Positions 61,470 through 64,000 of a stretch of 64,000 nucleotides of DNA are shown here, one piece after another. Origin of the DNA: Lama glama (taxonomy: Eukaryota); contig CM052816.1 of NCBI GenBank assembly GCA_028534125.1, forward strand, positions 67,830,001 to 67,894,000. Reading direction: 5' to 3'. The notes beneath the pieces are model-generated. The model saw only the letters and a list, made by a program, of their open reading frames with translations, did no database searches and was not told the origin of the DNA. The first letter of the stretch is position 1, and each line of letters starts with the position of its first letter. The position numbers were made by a program, and so were the translations under genes.

Positions 61470-62066
61470 TGTGGGAAACAGTGTTGTTTTTCCTACTCAC
61501 CATCCATACTCCTCTTTCTTATAACACCACCTTAATTTTCTTTTAAGTGCCACACCCTGCCACACTTAGCCTGTGGGTGTTGATGGGATTGATTTGACCA
61601 TGAGTCCCCCTGGTTTCTGGGTGGACACAGCATCCTGGCCTTCATCTTCTATCCTCCTGGCTTTGGGTAGAGATAACTGGGACCCAGACTGGGCCACATC
61701 AGAGTCAATCCTGAGCAGATAGATTTGGGAGAAGTATTGTGAAAAAGACTCCCCATTTTCACTAAGGTGGCTGACTGAGTAAAGTATAAGTTGGGAGCTG
61801 TGGGGACCACCTTTGCTACCACCTGGGAAGTCTCTGTGAGAATATAGGCCACAGAGGAAAACTGGGCCAAAGTGACAAACCCCTGATGATATAGGGTATA
61901 GACTGGATCCAGCTATGCCTGAAGCCAGAACCCTGATCTTTCCATTATGCTGGTCAGAACATTCACTTTTATTCCTTTATCTCATTTGAGTTTAGTTTCT
62001 GTTAATTTCTGTAATTTCTGTTAGCTCAGTTCACTTAATTGCAACTAAAAGGCTCCTAACAGATGC
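61470..62066 (+). mobile_element. MLT1K-like solo LTR
   Basis: gacccagactgggccacatcagagtcaatcctg...ctggatccagctatgcctgaagccaga...ttgagtttagtttctgt...gcaactaaaaggctcctaac. Confidence 0.85.
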
Positions 62067-62309
62067 TAACTTTTTTTCTGCTTCCTATTTTCTCCTCAGG
62101 GACACTTATTCAGTTATTTACTACAGTGTCTTGCACTTGCCCCAAAATGTACCAAAGCTAAGATACAATAACATTGTCCAAAATTTCAGCCTAGGTGAAA
62201 AATAGGAAGACTCATTCACCTGGTTCTTCTCTGACTGGATATAGTAACAGGTACCACTGGAATCCCTACCTGTGTCTGAGTCTATGGTAAGAGCCCCAGC
62301 TTTGCCCAT

Positions 62310-62620
62310 TCATTCAGGGATCATTCATTCTGTGTCTACCACATGCCACAGAATTGCCTTACACAGCTCACGGTCACGCAGAGAGACTGGTTGTATGAGT
62401 GTAAATAAGTGTGGCAGGCTCCCTGATGAGCATCTACATCTGCTCCCATGGGGGCCCAAGGAAGGAATGGCCAGTTTTCTTCTTAGCAAGATGAGGAAAG
62501 ACTTCAGGGAAGAGGTGATGCTTGAGCTGTATCTTCAAAGATGAATAGAGGTTTTAAAGCTAAAAGAAAAGCATGGGGAAAGCAGACAAGTCTGGCCCAG
62601 GAGAGAAATATGAACTATAA
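62310..62620 (-). mobile_element. L2 fragment
   Basis: cattcattcag...gaggaaagacttcagggaagaggtgatgcttgagctgtatcttcaaagatgaatag. Confidence 0.65.
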
Positions 62621-62902
62621 ACTGTTGTCTGACTTAAAAATCTACCATCTACAGGATGGAGAAGGCAGTTTGGTCTTGTCTGTTTAGCACATGCCTGACT
62701 GCTGTATAATGCTGTGTAGAACACAGAAATCTGTGGCCGCACTCATCCTCTCCTTCCTCTCTCTCCAAAATTCAGAAAATACGTATAAAGTTCTCTTCCT
62801 GGTGAGCAAGGCTGTATAGATGTTAGAGTCAGTTGTGGTGGGTGAACTCAGCATCCCCTGTCTGGCCTCCAGACTTGTGGGTGTGAGTCAGTTGTGAGGA
62901 GA

Positions 62903-62927
62903 CAGCAGTAGCAGCAGCAGCAGCAGC
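62903..62927 (+). repeat. Imperfect (CAG)n microsatellite
   Basis: cagcagtagcagcagcagcagcagc. Confidence 0.8.
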
Positions 62928-62979
62928 ATCTGCCCTACTTCTATATCAAGTTAAAATCATAGGACCGTAAAATAAACAG

Positions 62980-63230
62980 TCCATTGGTGGTCCCATGACT
63001 TCCTTGTCAGATCTTCCAATAGTTTGTAAATACTCCATTCCCTCACTAAATCCCTTTCAGCTGGAAATACCTTGAGTGGGTTCTGTTGTCTACACTGAAC
63101 TTTGCTGATCCAATTCCCCACTGTGAGTTCTGGAAGGGCCCTGATGTGCTCCATTGCATCCCTAGTACCAAGCACAAGGTTTGGCAGTAGCAGGTTATCA
63201 CTAAGTAGTTTTTGAGTAAGTGCATTAAAA
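62980..63230 (+). mobile_element. ERVL-type LTR 3' fragment followed by an L2 3' end
   Basis: taaatccctttcagctggaaataccttgagtgggttctgttgtct...ctgatcca, then ttgcatccctagtaccaagcacaaggtttggca. Confidence 0.5.
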
Positions 63231-63402
63231 ATTGTAATATGGATGTGGATATACATATGAATACACAAATAGGTAAACAATTCAAAAGTGTCATAAGAAT
63301 TACGTGGTCGAGAGCCACCTTTCTAGCAAGGAGTGTTATGTTGTCTTAGGCTAGTGGTTACTCTGGGCCACAGTGTTTGTGGAAGACTTGATGCAGAAGT
63401 CT

Positions 63403-63669
63403 ATTTTTATTATTCAGTTTTTAAAACTACTTTTTAAAAAATTGAAGTACAGTTAGTTTACAATGTTGCATTAGTTTCAGGTGTATAGCAAAGTGATTCA
63501 GTTATACATATATACATTTTTTTCAGACTCTTTTACATTATAGGTTATTACAAGATATTGAATATAGTTCCCTGTGTTATATAGGTCCTTGATGTTTATC
63601 TTTTTTATATATAGTAATGTGTATCTGTTAATCCCAAACTCCTTATCCCCCTGCCCCATTTCCCCTTTC
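63403..63669 (-). mobile_element. 5'-truncated cetartiodactyl L1 3' end
   Basis: attgaagtacagttagtttacaatg...cagttatacatata...ttaatcccaaactcc; TSD TGATGCAGAAGTCT (63389-63402) / TGATGGAGAAGTCT (63670-63683). Confidence 0.92.
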
Positions 63670-64000
63670 TGATGGAGAAGTCTTGATGGAAAGGGACTAG
63701 ATTCTGAGGGATAAGTAGAAATTGGATAGGAAAAAAAAAGAGTGGGATATTTTAGAACTAGTCCTTAGTGCTAATATCACTGCACACTGATGACTCCTGA
63801 AATGAGGACTAAGTTCCCTTTGAAATGCATATGGGCTTAAAAGTGAAGGGAAAAGGTCTTGGCATGATGTTCTTAGGTTTTGCCAAACCCTAATGTTGTG
63901 TTTGGAGCCCTTCACTGCTCCATAGGCCACAAGAATTCCCCTGTCCCCATCCCATACCCACATCAAGCATATTTCTGAATCTTCTGGGAAGCCACACAGT

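Noticed and set aside
1..64000. CRISPR array, operon, defence system, intact ERV or CpG-island promoter
   Set aside because: No regularly spaced repeats, long ORFs, gag/pol/env sequence or CpG-dense island; the DNA is mammalian non-coding sequence.

Overview
This is mammalian genomic DNA, very probably from a camelid (alpaca, llama or camel). It carries four tRNA-Ala-derived Vic-1-type SINEs and several young cetartiodactyl-type L1 3' ends. The window is AT-rich and CpG-depleted, with no CpG island and no recognisable host protein-coding gene, rRNA, real tRNA or CRISPR array. It reads as intergenic DNA or a large intron. A 500-N assembly gap sits at 485-984. Much of the window is interspersed repeats: MIR, L2, CR1/L3, old L1M, MLT1/LTR16/LTR33 solo LTRs and MER5/MER102/MER96B-like hAT elements. 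The only ORF-track entries with real protein homology are an L1 ORF2 endonuclease fragment and a CR1 reverse-transcriptase fossil. I found no convincing new biological system. The most notable sequence-level observations are: an L1 insertion with a probable 3' transduction (40.8-41.1 kb); a tail-less internal L1 fragment flanked by a 19-bp direct repeat (10.1-10.5 kb); a nine-tract G-quadruplex motif; a few well-formed but orphan splice-site pairs; a double hairpin; and several motif-dense repeat-free blocks that may be enhancers. Repeat family names come from recalled consensus sequences and boundaries are approximate. RepeatMasker/Dfam should confirm them.
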